Source: Nitrospirota bacterium
GTDB lineage: Bacteria; Nitrospirota; Nitrospiria; 2-01-FULL-66-17
Length of the DNA: 64,000 nucleotides
Direction: 5' to 3'
Assembly (NCBI GenBank): GCA_049325335.1
Contig: JBMOMC010000043.1
Location: forward strand, 373,852 to 437,851
The translations under genes were made by a program, and so were the position numbers. The notes under the pieces are model-generated. The model did no database searches. It was not told where the DNA came from and saw only the letters and a program-made list of their open reading frames with translations. Positions within the stretch are counted from its first letter, which is position 1; each line of letters opens with the position of its first letter. Below, piece after piece: positions 40,700 to 50,899 of this stretch.

Positions 40700-40725
40700 C
40701 GGGGGCGGCCGGATGGTCGCCCCCG
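40700..40725 (+). terminator. GC-rich hairpin after the secreted-protein gene
   Basis: CGGGGGCGGCC-GGAT-GGTCGCCCCCG followed by TCCGTTCTT. Confidence 0.5.
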
Positions 40726-40761
40726 TCCGTTCTTGAGTCGGCGGCTCACAGGAGAAAAGGT

Positions 40762-40804
40762 CAACTTCTCCCTCCCTCTTTGTCAAAGAGGGAGGGAGAA
40801 GTTG
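40762..40804. repeat. Perfect 21-bp inverted repeat between convergent genes
   Basis: CAACTTCTCCCTCCCTCTTTG-T-CAAAGAGGGAGGGAGAAGTTG. Confidence 0.85.
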
Positions 40805-40817
40805 TTAGTAGGGCCTG

Positions 40818-41780
40818 CTACAGTTTGATGTCGATGTGGGATCGTCCGCGCAGCAAGCGAATCCACCGGCGGTAGTAGTCGGTCGCCTGTTCCTGGTACA
40901 CGAGTTCTTCGATCTGCGGTTTGACGTCTTCAAGCGGGCGAGGGGTCGGCGGTTGCGCCTGCACCACATTGATGACGTGAAATCCGAGCGCGGTGGCGAG
41001 CACGGGGCTGACCTCGCCCACCCCGAGCCGATCCAACACGGCGTCGATTTCCGGGAGCAGGTCCCCCCGTTGCACGTAACCGAGGTCCCCGCCGTGCGCG
41101 GCTTCTGCGCCGTGCGAGGCGCGTCGCGCCAGTTCGCCGAAATCCGCGCCCGCCGCGGCTTCCGCGCGCAAGGCCTCGGCTTGGGCGTGGGCCGCGGCGC
41201 GAGCGGGCGCGTCGTCGGACGACGACTTGATGAAAATTTGTCGAATGCGGTATCGGCCCGGGCGCGTAAAACGATCCGCGTGCTCGCGGTAGTAGGCGTC
41301 CACGTCGGCGGCGTTCAACAAAATTTTGGAACGGACCTCGCGGTTGACCAATTTGACGATCGTGAGTTGTTCCTGCACGCGGTGTTCGATGTCCTCGTCC
41401 GCCGCGCCGGCCAGCTCGTCGAGCCGGTGTTGTTCGCGCAATGACTGCACGGCGCCGCGCGCTTCGTCCTTCGTGGCGGAGACCCCAAGCGCCTCGGCCT
41501 CGCGCAACAGCAGCCGTTGGTCGATCAAGGCCTCGAGCGCGGTCCGTGCCGTGGGGCGAGAGACCGTGTGTTGGAGCCCCGGCAGGATGTCGGACAACAG
41601 GTCCAAGGACGCCAACGCACGGGAGCCTTCCAACTCGCTCTCGGTGATGATCTCGTCGTTGACCACGGCCACCAGGCGATCCGTGGCCGCATGCGCCGCC
41701 GCGCTCGCCAGGAGGAGCAGGAGCCATCCCGACGCGCCGAGCAGTCGGGGCCTCCGGCGTCGGCGATGTCCGGGGATCAT
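40818..41780 (-). CDS. surA: SurA-like parvulin peptidyl-prolyl isomerase
   Basis: DRLVAVVNDEIITESE, ADFGELARRAS, GGDLG, GFHVI. Confidence 0.85.
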   Translation of the reverse strand: MIPGHRRRRRPRLLGASGWLLLLLASAAAHAATDRLVAVVNDEIITESELEGSRALASLDLLSDILPGLQHTVSRPTARTALEALIDQRLLLREAEALGVSATKDEARGAVQSLREQHRLDELAGAADEDIEHRVQEQLTIVKLVNREVRSKILLNAADVDAYYREHADRFTRPGRYRIRQIFIKSSSDDAPARAAAHAQAEALRAEAAAGADFGELARRASHGAEAAHGGDLGYVQRGDLLPEIDAVLDRLGVGEVSPVLATALGFHVINVVQAQPPTPRPLEDVKPQIEELVYQEQATDYYRRWIRLLRGRSHIDIKL

Positions 41781-44700
41781 CCGCGCACGGGCTCCGCGGG
41801 CGCGGCGGACGGCCCCAACCGGTTCAACAATTCAAGGACGCGCGCGCACAACGGCGGCCATCCCCCTCCGGGGTGCGTGACCATAAACGCGTAGTCGGAC
41901 AAGAACCGCACGGCGCGCGGATAGGCGCGTAGCAGCGTGTCCACGGCTTCCTTGGGGATCGGGGCGCGCGGCGTGGCCGCCACCACGATGCGGTGATCGT
42001 CGGCCTCGACCTTGGCCAACCGCAGCCCGCGGGCCAGCCGTTTGATGTTCATGACCTCGAACAGGCGCTCCACCGGTTCCGGGAGCGGGCCGAAGCGATC
42101 CTGCATGTCCTCGCGCAACGCGGCCAATGCCTCGGCGGTCTCCACCGACGCCACGCGTTTGTAGTAGGCCAAACGGTGATACGCGTCCGCGATGTATTCG
42201 TCCGGGATGAACGCGGAGACCGGGAGCGTCAACGCGGGGTCCACCTCGGGTTCTTGGTCGCCGCCCCGCAGCGCGGCTACCGCCTCTTGGATCATTTTCA
42301 AATACAGTTCAAGCCCCACGTCGGCGATGTATCCCGATTGTTCGGCGCCCAACAAGTTGCCCGCGCCGCGGATTTCCAGGTCCCGCGCCGCGATCTTAAA
42401 CCCGGACCCCAGTTCGGTGAATTCTTGAAGCGCTTCGAGACGGCGGTGCGCTTCCTCGGTCAGCGAGCCCTCGGGCGGCGCCAGCAGAATCGCATACGCC
42501 TGGCGCCCCGCTCGGCCCACGCGACCGCGGAGTTGGTAGAGCTCGGCCATGCCGAACCGGTCGGCGCGGTTGATCAGGATCGTGTTGGCCGACGGGATGT
42601 CCAATCCGGACTCGATGATGGTGGTGGACAACAAGATGTCGGCCTCCTTGGCGAGGAACGTCGCCATGACGCGTTCGAGTTGGCGCTCGCTGAGTTGGCC
42701 GTGACCCACCACGATGCGGGCCTCGGGTACGAGGTGCCGAATCTCCTCCGCCACGCGTTCGATGTCGTTGACCCGGTTGTGGACGATGAAGACTTGGCCG
42801 CCTCGGGCCAGCTCTTGCCGAATCGCGTTGCGCACGATGTCGGGATTCCACGGCGCCAGGGTAGTGCGGATCGCGAGCCGGTCCGCGGGCGCGGTCTCGA
42901 TCAACGACAGGTCTCGAATCGAGCCGAACGCCATCTGTAGCGTCCGAGGGATCGGCGTGGCGGTCAGCGTGAGCACGTGGACGTCCTTGCGGAGTTCCTT
43001 GAAACGTTCTTTGTGGCGCACGCCGAACCGCTGCTCTTCATCCACGATGACCAAGCCGAGGTCGTGGAACACCGCGTCCTTCTGGAGCAGGCGGTGCGTG
43101 CCGATGACGATGTCCACGCGGCCGTCCGCGAGCCCGGCTAGTACCTCGCGCTGCTCGGTTTGCGGGCGAAAGCGACTGAGCGCTTCGACCCGTACCGGGA
43201 ACGGCGCGAAACGCGCGGCAAAGGTTCGCGCGTGTTGCTGGGCGAGCAGCGTGGTCGGCACCAGCACCGCGACCTGTTTATGGTCCATCACGGCCTTGAA
43301 CGCGGCGCGTAGCGCGACCTCGGTCTTGCCGTACCCCACGTCGCCGCACACGAGGCGGTCCATGGGACGCGGTTTCTCCATGTCCAGCGCCACCTCCGCG
43401 ATCGCGCGCGCCTGGTCCGGCGTCTCTTCGTACTCGAAGCCCGCGGCAAAGTCCCTGGCCTCGATGCCTTCGGGCGGGAACGCGTGGCCTTTGGCCACCT
43501 CGCGTTCCGCGTAGAGCGTGAGCAGATCCGCGGCCATGCGCTGGATCGCGCGCTGCACGCGCTGTTTGGTCTTGACCCAGCCCGTGCCGCCCAGGGCCTC
43601 CATACGCGGGGTCTTGCCTTCCATGCCGCCGTACGGCTGCACCAGATCCAGCCGGTCGATCGGGACGTATACCTTGTCGCCGCCCAGATAACGCAGTACC
43701 AAAAACTCGCTCTCGGTCCCGCCCATGGCCATGCGTGAGAGGCCTTCGTAGCGGCCGATGCCGTATTCGCTGTGCACCGCCAGGTCGCCGGGCCGCAGGT
43801 CGTCGATCGACGACAGGAACGGCGTGAGGCGCGCGCGCCGGGTGGGGCGGGCGATCCGTTCGTGTCCGAGCAACTCCTCTTCGGTGACGATGAGCAGCCG
43901 CGATGCGGGGTCGGCGAGGCCCCCCGAGAGGTCACCCGTCGTGACGAATACGGGCGCCGGGATGGCGCTGAGGAGATCGGCAACGCCGCCGGACGGGAGA
44001 TCCGCGGCTGGCACGTTGTGGTCCGCGGCCAGGGTTTTGAATCGGGCGGCCTGCTCCGCGCTTCGACAGACGACTACGCTCAGAAAGTCCTGGCGCACGT
44101 CGTCCACCCGCTGGAGCGCGGTGGCGACTGATTGGCGCGCCGTGCCGATGCCGAACCGTTCCGGCGACGCGTGATCGGCCGCGAGCGAGATCCAGCCGTC
44201 CGGCGCCGCGATGGCCAACGAATGCAGTGTGATGATCCGTCTCAGGCGCGCTTCGCCATCGGTTGCCGGGAGGCGGCCGTCGAGCGGCGCGTCGGGCAGC
44301 AGTTCGGGTTCGTCGAGGGCCAGGACGGTGTCGAGCGAGAGGTACGCGGCGAGGGTGGAGTCGGCGTCCGCGTGCACGAACCCCGGCGCCGGACCGATGA
44401 CGACGCGCTCCACGTAGCGTTGCGAACGTTGAGTGAGCGGATCGACCAACCGCAGCGAGGCCACCTCGTCGCCGTCCAGTTCGATCCGCACCGGCGCGTC
44501 GTCGAGCGGCGAGAAGCAGTCGATGATGCCCCCGCGGAGCGCGGCCTCGCCGGGCAAGGTGACCGTGGAAACCATCTCGTACCCGGCCGCCATGAGAACT
44601 CGCGAGAGGTCCTCGCGCGCGATCGGCTGGCCTCGTTCAATCGTGCGCGTGTGCGCGCGAAACGTCACGGGCGAAATGAGCGGGGCTCTGAGCGCGTCGA

Positions 44701-45067
44701 TCGGCGCGATGGTGAGCGCGGCGGACCCGTCGAGCAGCGCAGCCAGGGCCGCCACCCGCCGCGCCTCCAGGTCGATGGGCGGGGGCAGCGCGGAGTTCCA
44801 ATCCGGGATCACCAGGACCGACGCGCGTTCGCCGTGCAGCGCGGCCAGACACCGCACGTTGCCGGCCAACGCGTCCGCCGTGTCCATCGACGCGGTGACA
44901 ACCAACACGGGACGAGCAGACGCGGCGTCTCGTAACAACGCGCCTTTGGCCGGCGGGCGAAGCCCGGCGACATGCACGCGCGCCTCGTTGGCTCGCAACG
45001 CGTCGTCCAGTTCGGCCGACGGCACGGTGATGAGAGGCGAAGTCACGGATTCGTGCGCGGGGGGCAC
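41777..45067 (-). CDS. mfd: Transcription-repair coupling factor
   Basis: RGGIIDCF, VHSEYGIG, ETPDQ, GDVGYGKTEVA, DEEQRFG, QLRGRVGR, DLEIRGAGNLLG. Confidence 0.96.
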   Translation of the reverse strand: MPPAHESVTSPLITVPSAELDDALRANEARVHVAGLRPPAKGALLRDAASARPVLVVTASMDTADALAGNVRCLAALHGERASVLVIPDWNSALPPPIDLEARRVAALAALLDGSAALTIAPIDALRAPLISPVTFRAHTRTIERGQPIAREDLSRVLMAAGYEMVSTVTLPGEAALRGGIIDCFSPLDDAPVRIELDGDEVASLRLVDPLTQRSQRYVERVVIGPAPGFVHADADSTLAAYLSLDTVLALDEPELLPDAPLDGRLPATDGEARLRRIITLHSLAIAAPDGWISLAADHASPERFGIGTARQSVATALQRVDDVRQDFLSVVVCRSAEQAARFKTLAADHNVPAADLPSGGVADLLSAIPAPVFVTTGDLSGGLADPASRLLIVTEEELLGHERIARPTRRARLTPFLSSIDDLRPGDLAVHSEYGIGRYEGLSRMAMGGTESEFLVLRYLGGDKVYVPIDRLDLVQPYGGMEGKTPRMEALGGTGWVKTKQRVQRAIQRMAADLLTLYAEREVAKGHAFPPEGIEARDFAAGFEYEETPDQARAIAEVALDMEKPRPMDRLVCGDVGYGKTEVALRAAFKAVMDHKQVAVLVPTTLLAQQHARTFAARFAPFPVRVEALSRFRPQTEQREVLAGLADGRVDIVIGTHRLLQKDAVFHDLGLVIVDEEQRFGVRHKERFKELRKDVHVLTLTATPIPRTLQMAFGSIRDLSLIETAPADRLAIRTTLAPWNPDIVRNAIRQELARGGQVFIVHNRVNDIERVAEEIRHLVPEARIVVGHGQLSERQLERVMATFLAKEADILLSTTIIESGLDIPSANTILINRADRFGMAELYQLRGRVGRAGRQAYAILLAPPEGSLTEEAHRRLEALQEFTELGSGFKIAARDLEIRGAGNLLGAEQSGYIADVGLELYLKMIQEAVAALRGGDQEPEVDPALTLPVSAFIPDEYIADAYHRLAYYKRVASVETAEALAALREDMQDRFGPLPEPVERLFEVMNIKRLARGLRLAKVEADDHRIVVAATPRAPIPKEAVDTLLRAYPRAVRFLSDYAFMVTHPGGGWPPLCARVLELLNRLGPSAAPAEPVRG

Positions 45068-45074
45068 GGAGCGA

Positions 45075-45572
45075 TCAGGTCCCGGCGGACCGAGCGGTCG
45101 CGCGCTCGACGATACGGCGGACCAGCGCGGTGGTGGACGAACCCGGCACGAGCGGCAACGAGACCACGCGCCCGCCGCGCGTTTGCACCACCTCGCGGCC
45201 GACGATCTTGTCCACGGGCCAATCGCCGCCCTTGACCAGCACGTCGGGCTGAACCGCCGCGATGACCTCGCCGGGGTCGGGCGCGTCGAAGATCGTTACG
45301 TAATCCACGCACCCGAGCGCGGCCAACACTTCGGCCCGCTCCTGCTCGGGCACCAGCGGCCGAGACGGCCCCTTGAGCGCGGACACCGACGCGTCGCTGT
45401 TGATCGCGACGATCAACAGATCTCCCAGGGCGCGCGCGTTTTGCAGGTACCGCGTGTGACCGATGTGGAGCAGGTCAAAACAGCCGTTGGTGAAGACCAC
45501 GCGGCGGCCATCGCGCCGGGCGGCGGCAGCGAGTCGGGCGATCTCGTCGATGGGTGTGAATTTGGCAGGCAT
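45075..45572 (-). CDS. rfaE2: D-glycero-beta-D-manno-heptose 1-phosphate adenylyltransferase
   Basis: [35 protein letters not shown]. Confidence 0.93.
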   Translation of the reverse strand: MPAKFTPIDEIARLAAAARRDGRRVVFTNGCFDLLHIGHTRYLQNARALGDLLIVAINSDASVSALKGPSRPLVPEQERAEVLAALGCVDYVTIFDAPDPGEVIAAVQPDVLVKGGDWPVDKIVGREVVQTRGGRVVSLPLVPGSSTTALVRRIVERATARSAGT

Positions 45573-45876
45573 GGCATCCGCGTGCTAACCGAAAACTATA
45601 CTGATTTGCCGGTCACGGTTTCAACCGTCGCCCACGAGCCGGGGGCGTTCGGCTTGCGTCGATCGACGGGCCCGGAGTACAGTGTGGCTTCCTCACTGCC
45701 CGTTCCACCCGAGGAGCCGCCATACGGGTCAGCGATGCCTCCGTTACGAAGCGGTGTTTCCTGCTCCCCGTGAGCGATCCGACGACCGTGGCGCCCCTAC
45801 CAGCCATCGCGATCCTTGCATCCGTTCGAGCGATGGTGCCCCCGGTACGCCTCCGCGTGATTCATGAGAAAGGAGC

Positions 45877-48800
45877 GTGGCTTCCATGACCGACATCATT
45901 CGGGTACTCCAATTGGAGGATGACGCGACCGACGCGGAGTTGATTCACCGCCGGTTGACCCACGAGGGGCTCTACTGCGAGTTTGTCAGCGTCCATAACA
46001 AGGACGACTTTGAGCTGGCCCTGGTCTCGGAATCCTTCGACGTCATCCTTTGCGATTTCTCGATTCCGGGGTACGACGGGATGGAGGCGTTGCGCACCGC
46101 GAGTCGGGCGGCGCCGGACGTGCCGGTGGTGATGGTGTCGGGCGTGTTAGACGAAGGCGCGGCCGTGGCGTGCGTGAAAGCGGGGGCGACCGACTACGTG
46201 TTCAAGGAGCGGTTGCAGCGCCTAGGGCCCGCAGTGTCCCGGGTCCTGCGCGAGGCCGAGGAGCACCGCAAACGCCGCGCGGCCGAGCAGGCGGTTCGCG
46301 AGAGCGAACGGTTTTTGCGCGCGTGCCTGAACGCGTTGGCCGCCCACGTGGCCGTGCTGGACGAGGATGGCGCGATCCTCACCGTGAACGCCGCGTGGCG
46401 ACAATGTGCCGACGCGCACGGTGCCGCGTGGTTTCGACCGGGGGAAGGCGCCAACTACCTCGATGTCTGTGAGCAGGTCGAGGGCGACTATGCGGAGCCG
46501 GCGCGCGCGCTCGCCCGCGGGATCCGAGACGTGGCCGCGGGCCGGCGGGATGAAGTCGTCGCCGAGCTTCGGTACCCCGGGTCCGCGGACGTCCGGTGGT
46601 TCCTGTGCCGCGTTGGGCGAATCCCCGGGGTCGCGCCCATGCGCGTAGTGCTGACCCAGGAAGACATCACATTGGTCAAGGAAGGGCAAGCCGAGGTGGA
46701 GCGGGCCAAAGAGCGCTTCGAGACGTTGGCGGAAGCGTCGCCCGCCGGGATTTTTCAAGCCGACCCCGAGGGCCGGTGTGTGTACGTGAACACCCGATGG
46801 CTGACGTTCACGGGGATGACGCTGGAGGCGGCGCTGGGAGACGGATGGGTCGGGGCGGTGCACGGCGACGACCGGGAGCGGATCCAGGCCGCGTGGGCGC
46901 GCTCGGTCTCGGCGCAACAGGCCTCGCAGGAAGAATTTCGCTTTCGGTCGCCGGACGGGCGGGTGACGTGGGTGGACAGCCGGGCGTTGCCGCTGCGCGA
47001 CCACACGGGTCGGTTCGTCGGGTACGTGGGCAGCATGAGCGATGTGACGAAACGTCGACAAACCGAGGAGGCGCTCCGGACCATTCAGGTCGCGAGCGCG
47101 CGCGGCAGCGATGTGGAATTTCACGTCTACCTGGTGCAACGACTGGTGGAGATTTTGGGGGTGGAGTTCGGGTTCGTGGGGGTGTTGGCCGACGACAAGG
47201 GCGAACGCCTGCGGACGTTGGCGTGGTGGCGAGACGGGCGCTTGGCCGCCAATGTGGAGTTCGCGGTGGCGGGCACCCCGTGCGAAGGGGGGGTGGACCG
47301 CCGCGCCGCCATCGTGCCCGCGGACCTCCCACAGCGGTTTCCCGACGCGTCCATGTTGATCGACCTGGGGGCGGTCTCGTATGCCGGGGTCCCGTTGTTC
47401 GGTCAACGCGGCCAATCCCTGGGGCTGATCGCGGTGATGAGCCGCGGCCCGTTGGCGTCCCCGGACCTGGTGGAGGGGATTCTCAATCTGCTGGCGGTGC
47501 CGGCCGCGCGCGAGATCGAACGACGCCGAAGCGAACAGCAGTTTCGGGATCTGTTCGAATTCTCGCCCGAGGCCGCGATCATGGCCGATCGCGACGGCGT
47601 AATTCGGTTGATGAACCGCCAGGCCGAGCAACTGTTCGGCTACGACCAGACGGACCTTCGCGGCCGTCCGATCGAGTGGTTGGTCGCCGAGTCCGCGCGC
47701 CCGGCGCTCGCGGACCTGCGGCGGCGGTGCCTCCCGGCTGGCGGGTCGCGCGCGCTGGCGGCTGATCGTCCCACGCTGGCGGCCGCGCGCAAGGACGGGG
47801 AGGTGTTCCCGGCGGAGTTCGCCTTGGGGCCGCTGGAAACCGTGGAGGGCCCGGCGGTGCTCGCGGTGGTTCGGGACATGACCGCGAGCCGACGGCACGA
47901 GGAACGGATGGCGACGTTGTCCCGCATCCACACCGTGCTCAGCAGCATGAATTCCGCGATGTTGCGCATCCGGGACCGCCGCGAATTGTTCGATGAGACG
48001 TGTCGAATCGCGGTCGAGCAAGGCGGATTCCCGCTCGCCGTGGTCGCGGTCCCGGTTCCCGGAACCGCGCAGTTGACCGCGGCCGCCTGTCGACGCGCGG
48101 ACACCGGGGCCTCGCGATCGGACGTGGCCGCGTTCCCGATCGAAGAAGGCGTGTCGGGCGTTGCGGGCGCCGCCTGGCAGGACACGCGGGTCGTGTTGTG
48201 GCACGACCAGGGCGCGGACGCGGCGCCCGATCTGCGGTCGCAGGCCGCATTTCCGTTGACGGTGGGCGACACGGTGCAGGGCGTGTTGGTCCTGTACGCG
48301 ACCGCGCCCGGGTTTTTCGACGGGGAAGCGGTCAAATTGCTCCGCACGTTGGCCGGTGATATTTCGTTTGCGTTGGATCGCATCCGGAACGAGGAACGGC
48401 TGGACCGCCTCGCGTCGTACGACGTCCTGACCAACCTGCCCAATCGCACCCTGTTTTTGGAGCGGAGCAACCAGATCCTGAGCCTGGCGTATGGGGAGGG
48501 CAAGGCGTCGGTGTTGATCGTCATGGATATCGAGCGGTTTCGACAAGTCAACGACTCGCTCGGTCGGCACGCCGGCGATATGTTGCTGCAGTCCCTCGGA
48601 TTGCGGCTGAAAGCGGATGTGTCGGAGTCCGCCGTGGTGTCGCGCCTGAGCGCCGACTGTTTCGCGCTGTTGGTGCCCGGGGTGTCGGGGGAAGCCGACG
48701 CCGCGAAACTCTGCGAGGACCTCATTGCCCGCACCGTCCGGCAGCCGTTCGAATTGGAGGGGAACGAATATCACCTGGCGGCGCGCGCGGGACTGGCGAT

Positions 48801-49710
48801 GGCGCCGACCAACGGCACGGACGCCGAAACGTTGCTCAAGAACGCGGAGGCCGCGCTCAGCCGCGCCAAACACAGCGGAGAACAACGCCTGTTTTACGAG
48901 CCCCAAATGAACGTGCGGGTGACGGAGCGTCTCACGCTGGAAAACCGGCTGCGCCGCGCCATCGACCGCGAGCAATTCCGACTGCACTACCAGCCAAAAT
49001 TCGACGCGCGGACCAAGGCGCTCAAAGGCGTGGAGGCGTTGATCCGGTGGGAGGACCCGGATCGAGGGGTGGTCGCGCCGGGCGCGTTTGTCCCGGTGCT
49101 GGAGGAGACCGGCATGATTTTGGAGGTGGGGCGGTGGGCCTTGGACCGGTCGCTCATGGACCTGCGCTCCTGGGCGGAGCGCGGCGCGGCCCCGCAGCGC
49201 GTGGCAGTGAACGTGTCGGCCTCCCAACTGCGTCAGCGGGATTTCGTGGACACCGTGCAGCGGACGATCGGGCGGTACACGGGCCACGGCGGGCTGCCGG
49301 GCGGCGGGTTGGATCTGGAGATCACCGAAAGCATGATCATGGACGACATCGAGCAGAATATTCCCAAGCTCAGGGCGCTTCGCGACATGGGCGTGAACAT
49401 CCACGTGGACGACTTCGGGACCGGATACTCCTCGCTGCGCTACATCGGACGACTGCCGATCAACGGGGTGAAGATCGACCGTTCGTTCGTCAACAACATG
49501 ACCACCAACCCTGACGACGTCACGATCGTGTCGATGATCATCTCGCTCGCGCACTCGTTGAATCTGACCGTGGTGGCCGAAGGGGTTGAGACCCCCGAGC
49601 AGCACAGCCTGCTGACCTTGCTCAAGTGCAACGAAGTGCAGGGCTTTCTCTTCAGCCCCGCGGTGCCGATGGAGCAACTCGCCGCGGAGTCTTCGTTGTT
49701 CAGCCTATAA
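45877..49710 (+). CDS. REC-PAS-PAS-GAF-PAS-GAF-GGDEF(degenerate)-EAL signalling protein
   Basis: REC (LEDD, LCD, DYVFK), PAS repeats, GGDEF motif replaced by SADCF, intact EALIRW, LEITES, DDFGTGYSS, KIDRSF, AEGVE, QGF. Confidence 0.92.
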   Translation: MASMTDIIRVLQLEDDATDAELIHRRLTHEGLYCEFVSVHNKDDFELALVSESFDVILCDFSIPGYDGMEALRTASRAAPDVPVVMVSGVLDEGAAVACVKAGATDYVFKERLQRLGPAVSRVLREAEEHRKRRAAEQAVRESERFLRACLNALAAHVAVLDEDGAILTVNAAWRQCADAHGAAWFRPGEGANYLDVCEQVEGDYAEPARALARGIRDVAAGRRDEVVAELRYPGSADVRWFLCRVGRIPGVAPMRVVLTQEDITLVKEGQAEVERAKERFETLAEASPAGIFQADPEGRCVYVNTRWLTFTGMTLEAALGDGWVGAVHGDDRERIQAAWARSVSAQQASQEEFRFRSPDGRVTWVDSRALPLRDHTGRFVGYVGSMSDVTKRRQTEEALRTIQVASARGSDVEFHVYLVQRLVEILGVEFGFVGVLADDKGERLRTLAWWRDGRLAANVEFAVAGTPCEGGVDRRAAIVPADLPQRFPDASMLIDLGAVSYAGVPLFGQRGQSLGLIAVMSRGPLASPDLVEGILNLLAVPAAREIERRRSEQQFRDLFEFSPEAAIMADRDGVIRLMNRQAEQLFGYDQTDLRGRPIEWLVAESARPALADLRRRCLPAGGSRALAADRPTLAAARKDGEVFPAEFALGPLETVEGPAVLAVVRDMTASRRHEERMATLSRIHTVLSSMNSAMLRIRDRRELFDETCRIAVEQGGFPLAVVAVPVPGTAQLTAAACRRADTGASRSDVAAFPIEEGVSGVAGAAWQDTRVVLWHDQGADAAPDLRSQAAFPLTVGDTVQGVLVLYATAPGFFDGEAVKLLRTLAGDISFALDRIRNEERLDRLASYDVLTNLPNRTLFLERSNQILSLAYGEGKASVLIVMDIERFRQVNDSLGRHAGDMLLQSLGLRLKADVSESAVVSRLSADCFALLVPGVSGEADAAKLCEDLIARTVRQPFELEGNEYHLAARAGLAMAPTNGTDAETLLKNAEAALSRAKHSGEQRLFYEPQMNVRVTERLTLENRLRRAIDREQFRLHYQPKFDARTKALKGVEALIRWEDPDRGVVAPGAFVPVLEETGMILEVGRWALDRSLMDLRSWAERGAAPQRVAVNVSASQLRQRDFVDTVQRTIGRYTGHGGLPGGGLDLEITESMIMDDIEQNIPKLRALRDMGVNIHVDDFGTGYSSLRYIGRLPINGVKIDRSFVNNMTTNPDDVTIVSMIISLAHSLNLTVVAEGVETPEQHSLLTLLKCNEVQGFLFSPAVPMEQLAAESSLFSL

Positions 49711-49856
49711 AGACGGTGCGCCGGTTAACCGGGTGGCCGTGCCGAGGGAATTGCCAGCCCGAGAAAATACGGTATCGTTTCTTCTGTTGACCGGCTTTCC
49801 CGCCCGGATTGTGGTGGGTCGGAACGCGGAGAGCAGGTCGGCACGAAGGGAGGCTG

Positions 49857-50879
49857 ATGCCGTACACAACATTTTCCCATGGTGGGTTGTTCGGGTTTAT
49901 TGATCAGCCGCTCACGCTTCTCTCCTTTTTTAAGTGGTTCGAGATCCTGTCCGTGGCCGGGCTCGTCGGCTTTTTCGGATTTTGGCTCCTCGTGCTGCGA
50001 CCCACCTTACGTCCGTTGCCGGACTACGCGATGCAGTCGCCGCTGCGGATCAAGGTGCGGCGGCTGTTTGCGCTCTGGTGGGGCGCGTTTCTGCTCCTGG
50101 TCTTTCTGTCGGCGAACGCGAGTTCCGCCTTTCAGACCATCCGCATGTCCGGAGGCTCGGTGGAGACCGCGATGGCGTCGTGGAAGATCGTTCTTCTTCA
50201 GACGCCGGTAGGATGGGGCTGGATGCTGAAAATGGCGGCCATTGTGTTGCTCTTGGTCCTGTGGGTGTTCCGGCGCACCCCGGGCCGGGTGTGGCTCGCG
50301 CTGGCGGTGGGACTGTTTCTGTGTTACAGCGTCAGCTCCGGCGGACACGCGCTTGACCAGGGATACGTCTCTTGGTTGTTTGTGACCGACGGATTTCATA
50401 TCTTTGCGGCGAGCCTGTGGGTGGGCGGCCTCGTGATGTTGTTTTTATTCGGGCTCCCGATACTCAAACTGGTCAAGGACAACGACGCGTGCGCCCTGTT
50501 GACCGGGTGGCTGGAACGGTTCGCAGGCGTTGCGGCGCCGGCGGTGCTAGTCCTGATTGTGACCGGGATGTACAGCGCGTGGACGCGAATCCCGAACGTT
50601 GAGTCGCTGTCGGCCACGCCTTACGGCGGAACCATGGTGTTCAAAGTGGCGCTGGTCGGGCTGACGGTGGGAATCGGAGGGCTCAGCCGGTTTTATATCC
50701 TGCCCAACCTTCGCAAGCTCAGACTGAAAATGAGTGATGAAGTGGTTGCGTCCGGTAGACTCCGACAGCGCTTTTGGGCATTTATCGGCGTGGAAGCCGC
50801 GATTGCAATCCTCATTGTCATCGTCGCGGCCGCCGTTCTCACCCAACTTCCCCCGCCGTACTGGTTCGTGGCGCAATAA
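49857..50879 (+). CDS. CopD-family membrane protein
   Basis: About 8 TM helices, GHA, H..AASLWVGGL, TG, TPYG...FK, E..I; GGAGG RBS. Confidence 0.8.
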   Translation: MPYTTFSHGGLFGFIDQPLTLLSFFKWFEILSVAGLVGFFGFWLLVLRPTLRPLPDYAMQSPLRIKVRRLFALWWGAFLLLVFLSANASSAFQTIRMSGGSVETAMASWKIVLLQTPVGWGWMLKMAAIVLLLVLWVFRRTPGRVWLALAVGLFLCYSVSSGGHALDQGYVSWLFVTDGFHIFAASLWVGGLVMLFLFGLPILKLVKDNDACALLTGWLERFAGVAAPAVLVLIVTGMYSAWTRIPNVESLSATPYGGTMVFKVALVGLTVGIGGLSRFYILPNLRKLRLKMSDEVVASGRLRQRFWAFIGVEAAIAILIVIVAAAVLTQLPPPYWFVAQ

Positions 50880-50899
50880 TCCGAGACGCTGGGCGAGGT

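Noticed and set aside
45690..45876. c-di-GMP riboswitch in the EAL gene leader
   Set aside because: No recognisable GEMM-I or GEMM-II consensus by eye.
46222..49677. 1151-aa antisense ORF opposite the EAL gene (and similar long shadow ORFs such as 3-1325, 3561-4862, 7567-8724, 26891-28288)
   Set aside because: Stop-poor antisense frames are expected in high-GC coding DNA; no motifs, and they overlap well-supported genes.
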